A DNA stretch of 64,000 bases from Leucoraja erinacea. Lineage: Eukaryota. The stretch spans positions 21,266,001 to 21,330,000 of the forward strand of contig NC_073387.1 of assembly GCF_028641065.1 (NCBI RefSeq), given 5' to 3'. The translations under genes and the position numbers were made by a program. Below the pieces are notes generated by a model that did no database searches, had not been told where the DNA came from, and saw nothing but the letters and a program-made list of their open reading frames with translations. This document shows positions 45,820 to 59,404 of this stretch, one piece after another; position 1 is the first letter of the stretch, and each line of letters begins with the position of its first letter.

Positions 45820-48800
45820 ACATAGAAACATAGAAACATAGAGTCATAGAAACATAGAAACGGAGAAACATAGAAACATAGAAAATAGGTGCAGGAGTAG
45901 GCCATTCGGCCCTTGGAGCCTGCACCGCCATTCAATATGATCATGGCTGATAATCCAACTCAGTATCCTGTAACTGCCTTCTCTCCATACCCCCCGATCC
46001 CTTTAGCCACAAGGGCCACATCTAACTCCCTCTTAAATATAGCCAATGAACTGGCCTCAACTACCTCCTGTGGCAGAGAGTTCCAGAGATTCACCACTCT
46101 CTGTGTGAAAAATGTTTTTCTCATCTCGGTCTTAAAGGATTTCCCCTTTATCCTTAAACTGTGACCCCTTGTCCTGGATTTCCCCAATATCGGGAACAAT
46201 CTTCCTGCATCCAACCTGTCCAACCCCTTAAGCATTTTGTTAGTTTCTATAAGATCCCCCTTCAATCTTCTAAATTCTAGCGAGTACAAACCGAGTCTAT
46301 CCAGTCTTTCTTCATATGAAAGTCCTGACATCCCAGGAATCAGTCTGGTGAACCTTCGCTGTACTCCCTCTATGGCAAGAATGTCTTTCCTCAGATTAGG
46401 AGACCAAACCTGTACGCAATACTCCAGGTGTGGTCTCACCAAGACCCTGTGCAACTGCAGTAGAACCTCCCTGCTCCTATACTCAAATCATTTTGCCATG
46501 AATACTAACATACCATTCGCCTTCTTCACTGCCTGCTGCACCTGCATGCCTACTTTTAATGACTGGTATGCCATGATACCCAGGTCTCGTTGCATCTCCC
46601 CTTTTCCTAATCGGCCACCATTCAGATAATAGTCTACTTTCCTGTTTTTGCCACCAAAGTGGATAACCTCAAATGTATCCACATCATACTGCATCTGCCA
46701 TGCATTTGACCACTCACCCAGCCTATCCAAGTAACCTTGCAGCTTCCTAGCATCCTCCATACAGCTAACACTGCCCCCCAGCTTCGTGTTATCCGCAAAC
46801 TTGGAGATGTTGCATTCAATTCCCTCGTCCAAATCATTAATATATATCGTAAATACCTGGGGTCCCAGCACTGAGCCTTGCGGTACCCCACTAGTCACCG
46901 CCTGCCATTGTGAAAAGGACCCGTTTACTCCTACTCTTTGCTTCCTGTCTGCCAGCCAATTCTCTATCCACATCAATACTGAACCCCCAATACCGTGTGC
47001 TTTAAGTTTGTATACTAATCACTTATGTGGGATCTTGTCGAAAGCCTTCTGAAAGTCCAGATACACCACATCCACTGGTTCTCCCTTATCCACTCTACTA
47101 GTTACATCCTCGAAAAATTCTATAAGATTCGTCAGACATGATTTACATTTCTTAAATCCATGCTGACTTTGTCCAATGATTTCACCACTTTCCAAATGTG
47201 CTGCTATCCCATCTTTAATAACTGAGTCTAGCAGTTTCCCCACTACCGACGTTAGACTAACTAGTCTGAAATTCCCCGTTTTCTCTCTCCCTCCCTTTTT
47301 TTTTTACAAAGTGGGGTTACATTAGCTACCCTCCAATCCTCAGGAACTACTACAGAATCTAAAGAGTTTTGAAAAATTATCACTAATGCATCCACTATTT
47401 CTGGGGCTACTTCCTTAAGTAGTCTGGGATGCATCCTACCTGGCCCCGGGGATTTATCGGCCTTTAATCCATTCAATTTACCTAACACCACTTCCCGGCT
47501 AACCTGGATTTCACTCAGTTCCTCCATCTCATTTGACCCCCGGTCCCCTGCTATTTCCGGCAGATTATTTATGTCTTCCTTAGTGAAGACAGAACCAAAG
47601 TAGTTATTCAATTGGTCTGTCATGTCCTTGTTCCCCATGATCAATTTACCTGTTTCTGACTGCAAGGGACCTACATTTGCTTTAACTAATCTTTTTCTCT
47701 TCACATACCTACAAAAGCTTTTTGCAGTCAGTGTTTATGTTTCCTGCCAGTTTCCTTTCATAATCTATTTTCCCTTTCCTAATTAAGCCATTTTCCTCGT
47801 CTGCTGGACTCTGAACTTCTCTCAGTCCTCTGGTAGGCTGTTTTTTTCTGCCAATTTGTACGCTTCATCTTTTGTTTTGATACTATCCCTGATTTCCCTT
47901 GTTATCCACGGATGCACTACCTTCCCTGATTTATTTTTTTGCCAAACTGGGATGAACAATTGTTGTAGTTCATCCATGCAGTCTTTAAATGCCTTCCATT
48001 GCATATCCACCGTCAACCCATTAAGAATTAATTGCCAGTCTATCTTGGCCAATTCACGTCTCATACCCTCAAAGTTACCTTTCTTTAAGTTCAGGACCCT
48101 TGTTTCTGAAATAACAATGTCACTCTCCATCCTAATGAAGAACTCAACCATATTATGGTCACTCTTGCCCAAGGGGCCACGCACAATAATACTGCTAACC
48201 AACCCTTCCTCGTTACTCAATACCCAATCTAGAATATCCTGCTCTCTCGTTGGTTCCTCTACATGTTGGTTTAGAAAACTATTACGCATACATTCCTAGA
48301 AATCCTCTTCCTCAGCACCCTTGCCAATTTGATTCACACGATCTATATGTAGATTGAAGTCACCCATTATAAATGTTTTACCTTTGTTGCACACATTTCT
48401 AATTTCCTGTTTGATGCCATCCCCAACTCCACTACTACTGTTAGGTGGCCTGTACACAACTCCCACTAGCCTTTTCTTTTTTTTTTTTTTTTCAAGATAT
48501 AATTTTTTTTTTGTTTTGTTTATTTTATTAGAAGTTAATTCAGCATAAAACAGTACAGTGGAACCTAATTTTAGGTGCCAACTATGTAATACCGTAATCC
48601 ATTCTATGTACAACCTCTAGTTTTATGTTATAAGAAGGAAGTAAGCAGGCCAAGAAAAAGAAAACAATAGAAAGAGGAAAAAGTGGAAAAATAGATGGTA
48701 GAGAGTAGAAAAACGTGAAGTGTGTATATAAAAAATATAAAAGGAAGAGAGAAAGTGGAAAGTAGAAATTGAAGAGAAGGCCCCTTAAAAGAGAATTTTT

Positions 48801-50330
48801 CAAATCTGTATTCGGAGATGTAGATCTATCCGCGTCATGAACTGAAATCATCAATCTTTACGGTACCGATGCATCACATGATTCCAAAAAGTCGATGAAA
48901 GGAGACCAACTCCTTAAGAATTGGTCATATTTATCTATTAGTCGGAGTCTCATTTCTTCAAGGCGTGCTATGTCCATCATATTCCTAATCCACATTTTAA
49001 CAGTTGGTGTGGTTGTATTTTTCCAAAATTTAAGTATCAATTTCTTTCCAATTATTAACCCATAATTAAAATAAACATTTTGATCTTTATTTAAATTGGT
49101 ATCTTCTCCTATTATTCCAAATACAATCCATTCCGTTTTGGGTTCTATTCTTGACTTGAAAAGCTTTGTAAATATATCAAATATATCACTCCAAAATTTA
49201 ATCAACTTTGTACATCCTACAAATGAATGTGTTATATTAGCGTTTTGAAACAAACATTTATCACATCTGGGAGAGACGTTTGGATAAAATTTATTCAACC
49301 TCGTTTTTGAATAATATAGTCTATGTAATAATTTGAATTGAATTAAATTATGTCTTGCATTAATAGAACAGTTATGTGTATTCATCAAATACTTTTCCCA
49401 TCTATCCTTCGAGACCTTTATCAATAGCTCATGTTCCCAATCTTCCCTTAATGCTTCTGTTGAGGGTGATTATCTATTTAATATATTATTATAAAAGTAT
49501 GATATTATTTTTTGTGAATCAGCCTTAATATTCATTGCTTCTTCTAAAGGATCTAAAAATATAGTTTGAAATCTATGTGTATATTTCTTCGTAAAGTCAC
49601 ATACCTGTATATATTTAAAATATTGATTATCCTTCAATTTAAATTTTAATTTTAATTGTTGAAATGATAACAGTTTGCCCACTTCATACATATCCCCTAC
49701 TTTCCTAATCCCCAGTCTATCCCATTGTTGATATGTGTTGTCGATGAGAGAAGGTTTGAATGCGGGGTTGTTCAATAGTGGGGTTAGTACTGATAAATTG
49801 TTTAATTTCAAGGATACTTTTATTTGTTTCCAAATTCTTATTATATTGTGAATAATTGGGTTCTTCTTATATATTATACTATTCAATTTTATCGGTGAGA
49901 GCAGGATCGTTCCTATATCGTGCGGATAGCACTCCTCTTTCTCCATTCTTATCCACTCCAACTGCCCACTAGCGTTTTCTGCCCCTTAGTGTTTCGCAGC
50001 TCTACCCACACCGATTCCACATCCTCCAAGCTAATGTCCTTCCTTTCTATTGCGTTAATCTGCTCTCTAACCAGCAACGCTACCCCATCTCATTTCCCTT
50101 TCTGTCTATCCCTCCTGAATATTGAATGTCCCTGGATGTTCAGCTCCTAGCCTCGGTCACCCTGGAGCCATGTCTCCGTGATCCCAACTATATCATAGTC
50201 ATTAATAGCTATCTGCACATTCAACTCATCCACCTTATTACGAATGCTCCTTGCATTGAGACACAAAGCCTTCAGGCTTGTTTTTACAACAGTCTTACCC
50301 CTTATACAATTATGTACCCCTTATATAATA
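45820..50330 (-). mobile_element. Long CR1 LINE (APE endonuclease + RT), interrupted by an L1 insertion
   Basis: [55 protein letters not shown], (catagaaa)n tail at 45820-45885. Same family as 29531-31393. Confidence 0.95.
48471..49964 (-). mobile_element. 5'-truncated L1-clade LINE nested in CR1
   Basis: AT-rich ORF2 C-terminus with zf-RVT-like QFKLLHRLYYS...CDKC...H..C. Poly-A tail (poly-T 48472-48492). 9-bp TSD CCCACTAGC at 48462-48470 and 49965-49973. Confidence 0.93.
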
Positions 50331-51817
50331 TGTTAATTTAACGGTTCAGCATATGCCCCTTTCTTCTGGCAGGTGCAGCGTTTAAACACTTTATAGGAAG
50401 AGCCACAATGTACATCGTTAACATCAACTTCTCTAAAGAGATCTCATGAGGTCTTACGCTAATGTTTATGATTTGCCCTTCAACAAAAATTAAAGGAAGA
50501 GCCAACCTCGACGACGGGCATAATTCTGCAAGGAGACACAAAGGTGAGTTTTCTTGTGCCAAATATCGGTGATTGGATCCTTTAATCCGTTGGGCACAAA
50601 CTAGCCATGCCCTCAGTGCTCGATGTAAAACCTCCCAAGTCTCAAGGCATCTTGTTACCCAAACAATGTAACCATTAATTTGCTCCCCTATCTTTAAAGT
50701 GCATGTTCCAAATCTTCCACTCAATACAATCTCGGTGAACTACGGTTTGAAGTAGATTTCGCTCGTTTTAATAACCTCTAACTTTTACCTTTCTGCAGTG
50801 CCCTTAAATTAGTAAATGTGCCATATACATTAAATTGATTTCTGCGAAATAGCTTTCTTACATTCCCTCTAAGTAAGGTCAATACATCGTATTTTCAACA
50901 TAGATCCCATCTCGGGAAATTTACGCTTTCATGTTTGAGCTGTTGAAGACTAGAGGACAGTCCTTCAGCGGAGACGGTACTCTTCCTTTCTTAGTCACTC
51001 AAAACAATCTGCTCAGCTTTGCGCAAAAGCGTGGCAGCGAGACCCACAGACCAATAATAACAATATCTCTGCAAAACGACATTTCAATGTCGCCATGCCT
51101 AGAGAGGCAACAGCAAAGCAATAGGCGACTCCTATATGGGTCAGGTACAATATATTCTGAGATATACTTTGGACTGTAACATAACGATTAAACCGGAAAT
51201 TCAATAATTATCTCTAGGATAATTTGGGTTACCAAAAATGCATGTGGCATTTCGGGATAATGCTCTCAGTGCTGCAATTACATTGTATAACTTCATAATG
51301 TTTAGATTTTATGCATGAATACATGGCAATTGTCTACAGATAACTAGAAATCTACGATTAAAGCATTTGACGGCTCGATACTTAATCCAGTCCACTAATG
51401 CGATCCACGATTCAACCAACAATTTGAATCTTTCTATAGTATGAATGCCAGACAGTAACCGGAGGCCTTGTGTAACCTGCGTATTATCTCCCCCTTCCTT
51501 ATATTAATCACCATGGCCTATCATATGGTATTTGATCGTATCGAGTATTTATTTAGACTTCTTGCATTACGCCTGCATCTCAACATACTCGGAACTTCAT
51601 TTTCACTGACTGTGTCCTTATCATTATGGCAATTTATACAATAGACGTAGTTCAATTGTGCGCACAAGTATTTAACTGATCAATCAAACAGAACAGATGG
51701 CTATATTCTGTTGATAACCACGGCCACGGAAATAATGACAAATGGCTGAGGTTGGACTTGCGAAACCCTCTCATTACGTGACTGCGATAAGAAAACACGG
51801 GAAGTGGTTTGTGCCCG

Positions 51818-52105
51818 GCGACACGGTTGCGCAGTGGTAGAGTTGCTGCCTCATTACAGCGCCAGGGACCCAACTTCGATCCTGACTACGGGTGCTGCCT
51901 GTACGGAGTTGTGACAGCTTGGGTTTTCTCCAGGATCTCCGGTTTCTTGCCACATTTCATAGATGTGCAGGTTTGTAGGTTAATTGGCCTGGGACAATTT
52001 TAAATTATCTCCCCATCCCCCTACTCGACAGTGTTGATTTTTTGTGTGCGGGTATTGCTGGTCGGCGCGGACCCGGTGGGGCGAAGGGTATTGTTTCCCC
52101 TATCT
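51818..52105 (+). mobile_element. HE1-like SINE
   Basis: gcgacacggttgcgcagtggtagagttgctgcc (A box), cttcgatcc (B box), caggtttgtaggttaattggc. Confidence 0.8.
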
Positions 52106-53059
52106 GACAAGCTTTCGGCTCTTTTTCCAAAATGTGTAGGCATATTCCATCGTCGACCTCAAACGGTTGCTGGTTTCGATCTGAAAGGAAAATACTTTAT
52201 AAGGCATTTGATGGGGAAGAAGCGTCGCCTATTCCTTCTCTCCAGAGATGCTGCCTCATCCGCTGAGTTACTGCAGCATTTTGTATCTACGTTCGATTTA
52301 AACCAGCAACTGCAGTTCTTTCTTACACACGCTGTTAAATATACACAGAAGGATGACCTTTCTCCGAACTATAAATACTCGTTAATACAATGGTCCCGAG
52401 AGATAACAATCAATATTAAAACAAAGACCCTGGTCCGGGATCTGACATTTGTGAAAGCTTGTTGAAATTCTAAAATATGTTGGGAAGGCCTTCCGCCTAA
52501 ATACGCAGATATACCAATCATTTAGAATTTGGAACTGTTTTAGATGATGAAGAATTATACAGTCATATTCCACCGAAGCAAAACTCTGGACCAATTTATA
52601 AGAATCCAGCACACTTTGATCCCTTCCTCTGGCCTTACACCTAAATCATCCTCTTCTCCCCTATATGACATGCTTTCGGCTCCTTTTCATCTCTCGCCTT
52701 TGCCACTTATTTCACTCCTCTGCCCGCACTCTCACCTGTATCGACCGATAACTCGCGAGGCTTTGCTGAGCCCCCACCTCTCGTTTGCAGATTTCTCGAC
52801 ACTTCTCCCTATGACGACGATGTGTTTGAATAGGGGCCCCGAGCAGATGCTGCTTGACCCGCTCAGTTCATCTCGCACTTTCAGTCTTGCTGAAGACTCC
52901 TGTTCCTTTCACTCCATTAATTCCATTGATTCCCCCGCCATTCCCATCAATTATTACACCATATCCGCTCCAAAATCTACACGATTGTAGACGATTGCAT
53001 TGGTGCCACCTCCTGCACCCACACACAACTCACTGACTGCATCTACTTCACTACTAAAT

Positions 53060-54110
53060 TCCATCCGGAACTCCAATACACCCGGACCATTTCCGACACA
53101 TCCCTACCATTTGTTTGACCACACTATATCCATCGCAGGTGATAGACATCTGACCGGCATCCACTATTAACCCACTGACTCCCATGGCTATATAGATTAC
53201 TCTTCTTCCCACCCTGCTTCCTGTAAGGACTTCATCCTCTACTCCCAATTCCTCCGTCTGCGCCGCATCTGCTCCCAGGATGAGGCGTTCCGCACCCAGG
53301 GCATCGGAATTTCCTCATTCTTCAGGGAACGGGGGTTCTCCTCCCCTACTATAGATGAGGCTCCCACCAGGGTCTCTTCAATACCCCACAACACTGCTGT
53401 CTCTCTCCCCATCCCCCCACTCGTAACAATGGCAGAGTTCCCCTAGTCCTCACCTTTCACCCCACTAGCCGTCACTTACAACAAATAGTCCTCCATCATT
53501 TTCGCCACTTCCAACGTGACCCCACCACTCGCCACATTTTCCCATCTCCCCCCTCTGTCTGCTATCCACAAAGACCGCTCCCTCTGTAACTCCATGGTCA
53601 ATTCTTTTCTTCCCTTCCCTCCCGCACCACCCCCTCCCCGGGCACTTTCCCTTGCAACCGCAAGAAATGCTACACTTGACGGATTTCATCCCCCACTCGA
53701 CTCCATTCAAGGACCCAAGCTGTTGTTACAGGTGCGACAGAGGTTCACCTGCAACTCCTCCAACCTCATCTTATGCATCCGCTGCTCAAGATGTCAGCTG
53801 GTCGACATCGGTGAGACCAAGCGTAGGACACCTCCGCTCGGTCCGCATTAATCAACCTGATCTGCCTGTGGCTCAGCACTTCAACTCCCCCTCCTATTCC
53901 GAATCCGACCTTTCTGTCCTGGGCCTCCTCCATGACCAGAATGAGCACCAACGGAAATTGGAGGAGCAGCACCTGATATTCTGCTTGGGCAGTTTGCACC
54001 CTAGCGACATGAACATTTCCGGTAGCCCTTGCCGTCTCCTCCTCTTCTCAGCTCTCCCTCAGCCCTCTGGCTCCTCCTCTTCCTTTCTCCTATCTTCTCC
54101 CCGTCCACCC
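53060..54110 (+). mobile_element. Penelope-like element fragment (RT C-terminus + GIY-YIG endonuclease)
   Basis: RFTCNSSNLILCIRCSRCQLVDIGETKR..HLRSV..PVAQHFN..RKLEEQHLIFCLGSLHP. Confidence 0.88.
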
Positions 54111-54286
54111 AGAATCTACACCTCATCCAAACATCAAGGATAATTTCGAGGAGACATTAAATTTGTCACATTCTATTGGATGTGGAAAAGGACCTACAAT
54201 CCCTGTATCCACAGCTCAGGAAGTCAGGTTTGAAGATAGGAGCTGTGAGACCGTAATCTGACCAGCTACCATGTTCCGCCGTCCGA

Positions 54287-55428
54287 ATAGAAACATAGAA
54301 ACATCGAAAATAGGTGCAGGAGTAGGCCATTCGGCCCTTCGAGCCTGCACCGCCATTCAATATGACAATGGCTGATCATCCAACTCAGTATCCTGTACCT
54401 GCCTTCTCTCAATACACCCTGATCCCTTTGGCCACCAGGGCCACATCCAACTCCCTCTTAAATATAGCCAATGAACTGGCCTCAACTACATTCTGTGGCA
54501 GATAATTCCAGAGATTCACCTGTGCGAAAAATGCTTTTCTCATCTCGGTCCTAAAAGATTTCCCCCTTATTCTTAAACTGTGACCCCTTGTTCTGGACTT
54601 CCCCAACATCGGGAACAATCTTCCTGCATCTAGCCTGTCCAACCCCTTAAGAATTGTGTAAGTTTCTATAAGATCCCCCCTCAACCTTCTAAATTCTAGC
54701 GAGTACAAGCCGAGTCTATCCAGTCTTTCTTCATATGAAAGTCCTGACATCCCAGGAATCTGTCTGGTGAACCTTCTCTGTACTCTCTCTATGGCAAGAA
54801 TGTCTTTCCTCAGATTAGGGGACCAAAACTGTACGCAATACTCCAGGTGTGGTCTCTCCAAGACCCCGTACAACTGCAGTAGAACCTCCCTGCTCCTATA
54901 CTGAAATCCTTTTGCTATGAATGCTAACATACCATTCGCTTTCTTCACTGCCTGCTGCACCTGCATGCCTACTTTCAATGATTGGTGTACCATGACACCC
55001 AGGTCTCGTTGCACCTCCCCTTTTCCTAATCGGCCACCATTCAGATAATAGTCTACTTTCCTGTTTTTGCCACCAAAGTGGATAACCTCACATTTATCCA
55101 CATTATACTGCATCTGCCATGCATTTGCCCACTCACCCAGTCTATCCAAGTCACCTTGCAGCCTCCTAGCATCCTCCTCACAGCTAACACTGCCCCCAGC
55201 TTCGTGTCATCTGCAAACTTGGAGATATTGCATTCAATTCCCTCGTCCAAATCATTTATATATATTGTAAATAGCTGGGGTCCCAGCACTGAGCCTTGCG
55301 GTACCCCACTAGTCACTGCTTGCCATTGTGAAAAGGACCCGTTTACTCCTACTCTTGGCTTCCTGTCTGCCAGCTAGTTCTGTATCCACATCAATACTGA
55401 ACCCCCAATACCATGTGCTTTAAGTTTG
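54287..55428 (-). mobile_element. Young 5'-truncated CR1 LINE
   Basis: [35 protein letters not shown], (catagaaa)n tail. Confidence 0.95.
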
Positions 55429-58057
55429 GAGAATCGCACAGCTCGCATCGAGAAGCGGTAGGACACGGGATTCTAACTGCAACGGACCCGATGCCAATTA
55501 CGATTGCTTCTGATTACTTTAGGGAGATAATTAGTGCAAATGGGGAATTTTAACAGTAAATCCGCTAAATGTTGCCGTAAAGCAGGTGGACATTCTTTGT
55601 TGGTGATTATCTTTACCATGCAGTTCGTGTTTATCTTTTATGTGTTATTTATCTGTTAATCTAAATGCGATAATTTGCTTTACCAAGAGTCACTAGTTAA
55701 ACGTCATACGTGGACATGAAGGCAACCTGCCCGGAACTAAATTAGCATCTTAAAGGAGAAGATTGAGTGGCGAATTGCATATAAATCAAATGAGCAAGAC
55801 AATTAACCAATAGTGAGTACCCAGCCATAAAACTTCCAACAGACAGGTAATCCAATAGTAATCTTCGCATCCAGCAGATTTGTATTAGAACTACTAAGTT
55901 AATTATTGGCACCAGACACGTTGAACTCCTATCACTGATTTCTGTATGAAATTGGGACCACGAATACTGTGCCTTATTCATCATGTCATTTAAAAATAGC
56001 GATTTTTACATTTTTTATTAGTGGATCATTATAATTCGCTAATAATTTAATATTTTCATCTGACAATTTCTTATCAATTTTATTATATTGTCCTGTTTCG
56101 TATTACGCTGTGATATCTATATAACCCATTACACGATGTGCGGCAAGGAACTGCAGGAACTAGTTTACACTGAAGATGGACACAACATGCCGGAGTAACT
56201 CAGCTGGAAAGGCAGCGTCTCTGGATAGAAGGAATGGGTGGCGTTTCGGGTTGAGATCCTTCTTCTATGATGTTGTGTCTTCGTTCTTTACATCACAATA
56301 AACATAGGGCAACGTGACTAATGGCTAAAAGACAAGAATTAAAGTTAATTCAAACTGGTGATGGCGCAAGGAACCACTCTGGAACATGTCAACTGTAAGC
56401 CTATTTGGGATGTAGTAATGTGCGTAGTTTACCACTCAGAAGACAATTACGTTTACATCTAGCTCCTTGCGAAATATTTAGCCACATACCAAATTAACCG
56501 CACAACCTCGCAGCTTTATTTTACGAAAAGAATGAGATCATAGGCTGAGAGTGCTGTTGTGACCTTGGCCTATCATGTTCACGGCAGAATGAACGGCCAA
56601 TCGTGTCAAATATGAATCGTCATATTCTACATATCAAAATATAGCAGAATTTGAATTACCAGTCATTTTGTTATTTAAAGTTAATTCGATTTCAGACTCT
56701 TGAAATAAATGCATCGTTAGTTACATTTATTCTCGTCACGTGTGGTTCGGAATTGAAGTTAACATTTATTTGGTATCTTTGGCCTGCACTGGTTTGATTC
56801 GTTCTCATGAGAACACGATAAAGCAGGATTCGACCAGTTATTTTTATTTAGGTTAATTAATTTTGGGAACAACAAGACATTCTTCAGAACACTAAGAGCG
56901 GTACTTTTCGCTACAAGGGACTCCTAAACATTTTCGTGATATTGAGAAATATTACATAACACGTGAAGATTTACGGACACAACAACACATTGGAAATGCT
57001 AAAGAAGTAAGCGAGAATCGAATTTCAATGCAGAAGCAGGTCAATGCCATCAACTGTAGTCTCTAACACGGTGAAAAATAATCATTTCTGCAGTCCTTCA
57101 TGTCTTCGCTTGCAATTTTAATCGCATTCTAAAATGATGTCTGTTGTGATATTCTGTGAATCGTTCAATGGTTCCTGTCCTGTCATTGTCTTAATTAAGC
57201 TTTATTCAACCAATCCACTTCTTGATTGTTGCGAAGTGAACGGGAATGTGAAGACTCCACCAGGAATATAGCTTCCATTTCTCTAAATGCAAATTCGTTC
57301 TTTGATCATTGGAATTGTATTGGCTATCGATGGACCAGCAACAATTTCTCTCGAAGTCCTTCCAATGTCCGAAAAGACATATTACAACAGCATACGGTCG
57401 TGAAGAGTATTTGCTGATGGCAAGTCTACCATTTCAAACACGTAATCGCAGAATAGGTTCTGTTTTGGAGACGTATGTTGCGATAAATGCCCATGAGACG
57501 ATGTGTGGTCAGCAGAATACTGCCGCAAATCGATTTGGCTCATTACGAAGACTTGCAGTTACAACCGTATTAGACATGAAGCGTAATCATGCACACTGAG
57601 ATGGCCACTTGAGTAAATATAACGGAGAACAGGCAACATCTATGCAAACTGCTCGCCGCAATTAAGAGACAAAGTCATTTCCATCTAGTCGTGCATTCTA
57701 TAAGGCGTGGGAATGTATTTCCATAAACCTTCTGTGATCCGGTTCCACTTCATTTTCACCCAAATTATACTGTCCAGAAGGGTACATTTCCATGGAAGAT
57801 TGCTCCATATCCCACTGACGGTTACTGCAGATCTGAAATCGAAAGAGAAACCAGGTTTCAGAAATATATATTGTCAAGCTCTCTTATTTCGATAACGATG
57901 TGTATTACCGCGGAAACCTCAAAACCTTTTACGTCACGGTGATACAGTGATTACGTTCGCATTACGTTCCCAGACCTCTCAACTAACAATCCCACCTTGG
58001 CAATAATGTAATTTAATTCAATTCCTAATGTGATCACAAAAAAATAACGTTAGCAAT

Positions 58058-58352
58058 TTTGTTTTGTTTAGAGATAGAGCGCGGAAACAGGCCCTTCGGC
58101 CCACCGCGCCCGCACCGACCAGCGACAAGCCTACACACACTAGGGACAATTTACACTTATACCAAGTATACAAACCCAAACCAATTAACCGACAAACCTG
58201 TACGTCTTTGGAGTGTGTGAGGAAACCGAAGATCACGGAGAAATCACACAAACTACAAACTCCCAACTCCGTACATACAGCACCTGTAGTCGGGATCGAA
58301 CGCTGGTTTCCGGCGTTGCAAGGCAGCAATTTTACCGCTGCGCCACCGTGCC
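58058..58352 (-). mobile_element. HE1-like SINE
   Basis: ggaaacaggcccttcggccc...aaacctgtacgtctttggagtgtg...ccgctgcgccaccgtgcc. Confidence 0.8.
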
Positions 58353-59404
58353 ACCCAGCAATGATAATCCACTAAAAGGTCTTAATGAGATTGTGGCGGA
58401 AAGAGCAAAGGTTGCCCATTATATGGCAATGCTGTTGATTCTAAAATGCACATTGAAGTGGTCCACGAAATTGTGAAATACTACGTTATCATTCCAAAAC
58501 CTCCCACGATAATCCGGAAATGGCTCTCTAATTTGGGAACTGTGCCTGGCAGATTAGTTCACCAACAGTCTGACAGCCATTCCTGCATTGTCAGCGCACA
58601 GTGTCTGTGTTATGCACCGTCGACAGAATGCACATTGCAACTCACCTCGGCTACTCCAACACTGCTTTTAAAACTCGTGAACTATGAAGGAGAACAAGCG
58701 ACGAATACGCATAGAAAGGCCAGTACCCATTTATCCCTTGAAGCTGCATATTATCCTGACTTCGAAACATAATACAATCCATTCAATCTTCCTGCGTCCA
58801 AACCCTGCAACTCCTTATCAACAGCATAAAGGAGAACTATCTCCAGAATAACTGCAGCAATTCAAGCATCATACTCACAACTGCCTTTGCAAAGGCAATT
58901 AGTTGTCAGAGACAGTTGACAATAAATGGATTAGAAATAGTGGCACAAATAAGCAATGGTAGACATCCAACTAAAACATTTTAAAATGTGTTAGAAAAAA
59001 CAATTCTTTTCGTAATATGTCGCAATTTACATTAGCATACTAGTCCATGGGATTATAAATTTATATAGTCTTAACTATTGTCTATTTACCTGAAACATGT
59101 TTAGGCTGCTTGAAATCAGCTTGTCGCCGAGTGCGTCCATTCAGCGCAAGAAATATGTTTGTGACTGTAATTGGGTATTATCGAATTCAACGTGGTGACT
59201 ATTTGTACATCCACTTGGTGATGACACCGCTGCGTAATTTCTACGGTCATGTATATTTTATGTCTATGCGTAATTTTCTGATGTTTCACAAAAAAACTAT
59301 GCAGTGTTCATTAGAGATAGAAGTGTATAACGAATACAATACATATATGTGGTGATAATACCACTCAGGCACCAGTGCAGGAAATATTTAGTAACTCATA
59401 ACCG

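Noticed and set aside
51818-51895. tRNA-like A/B boxes
   Set aside because: This is a SINE head, not a tRNA gene.
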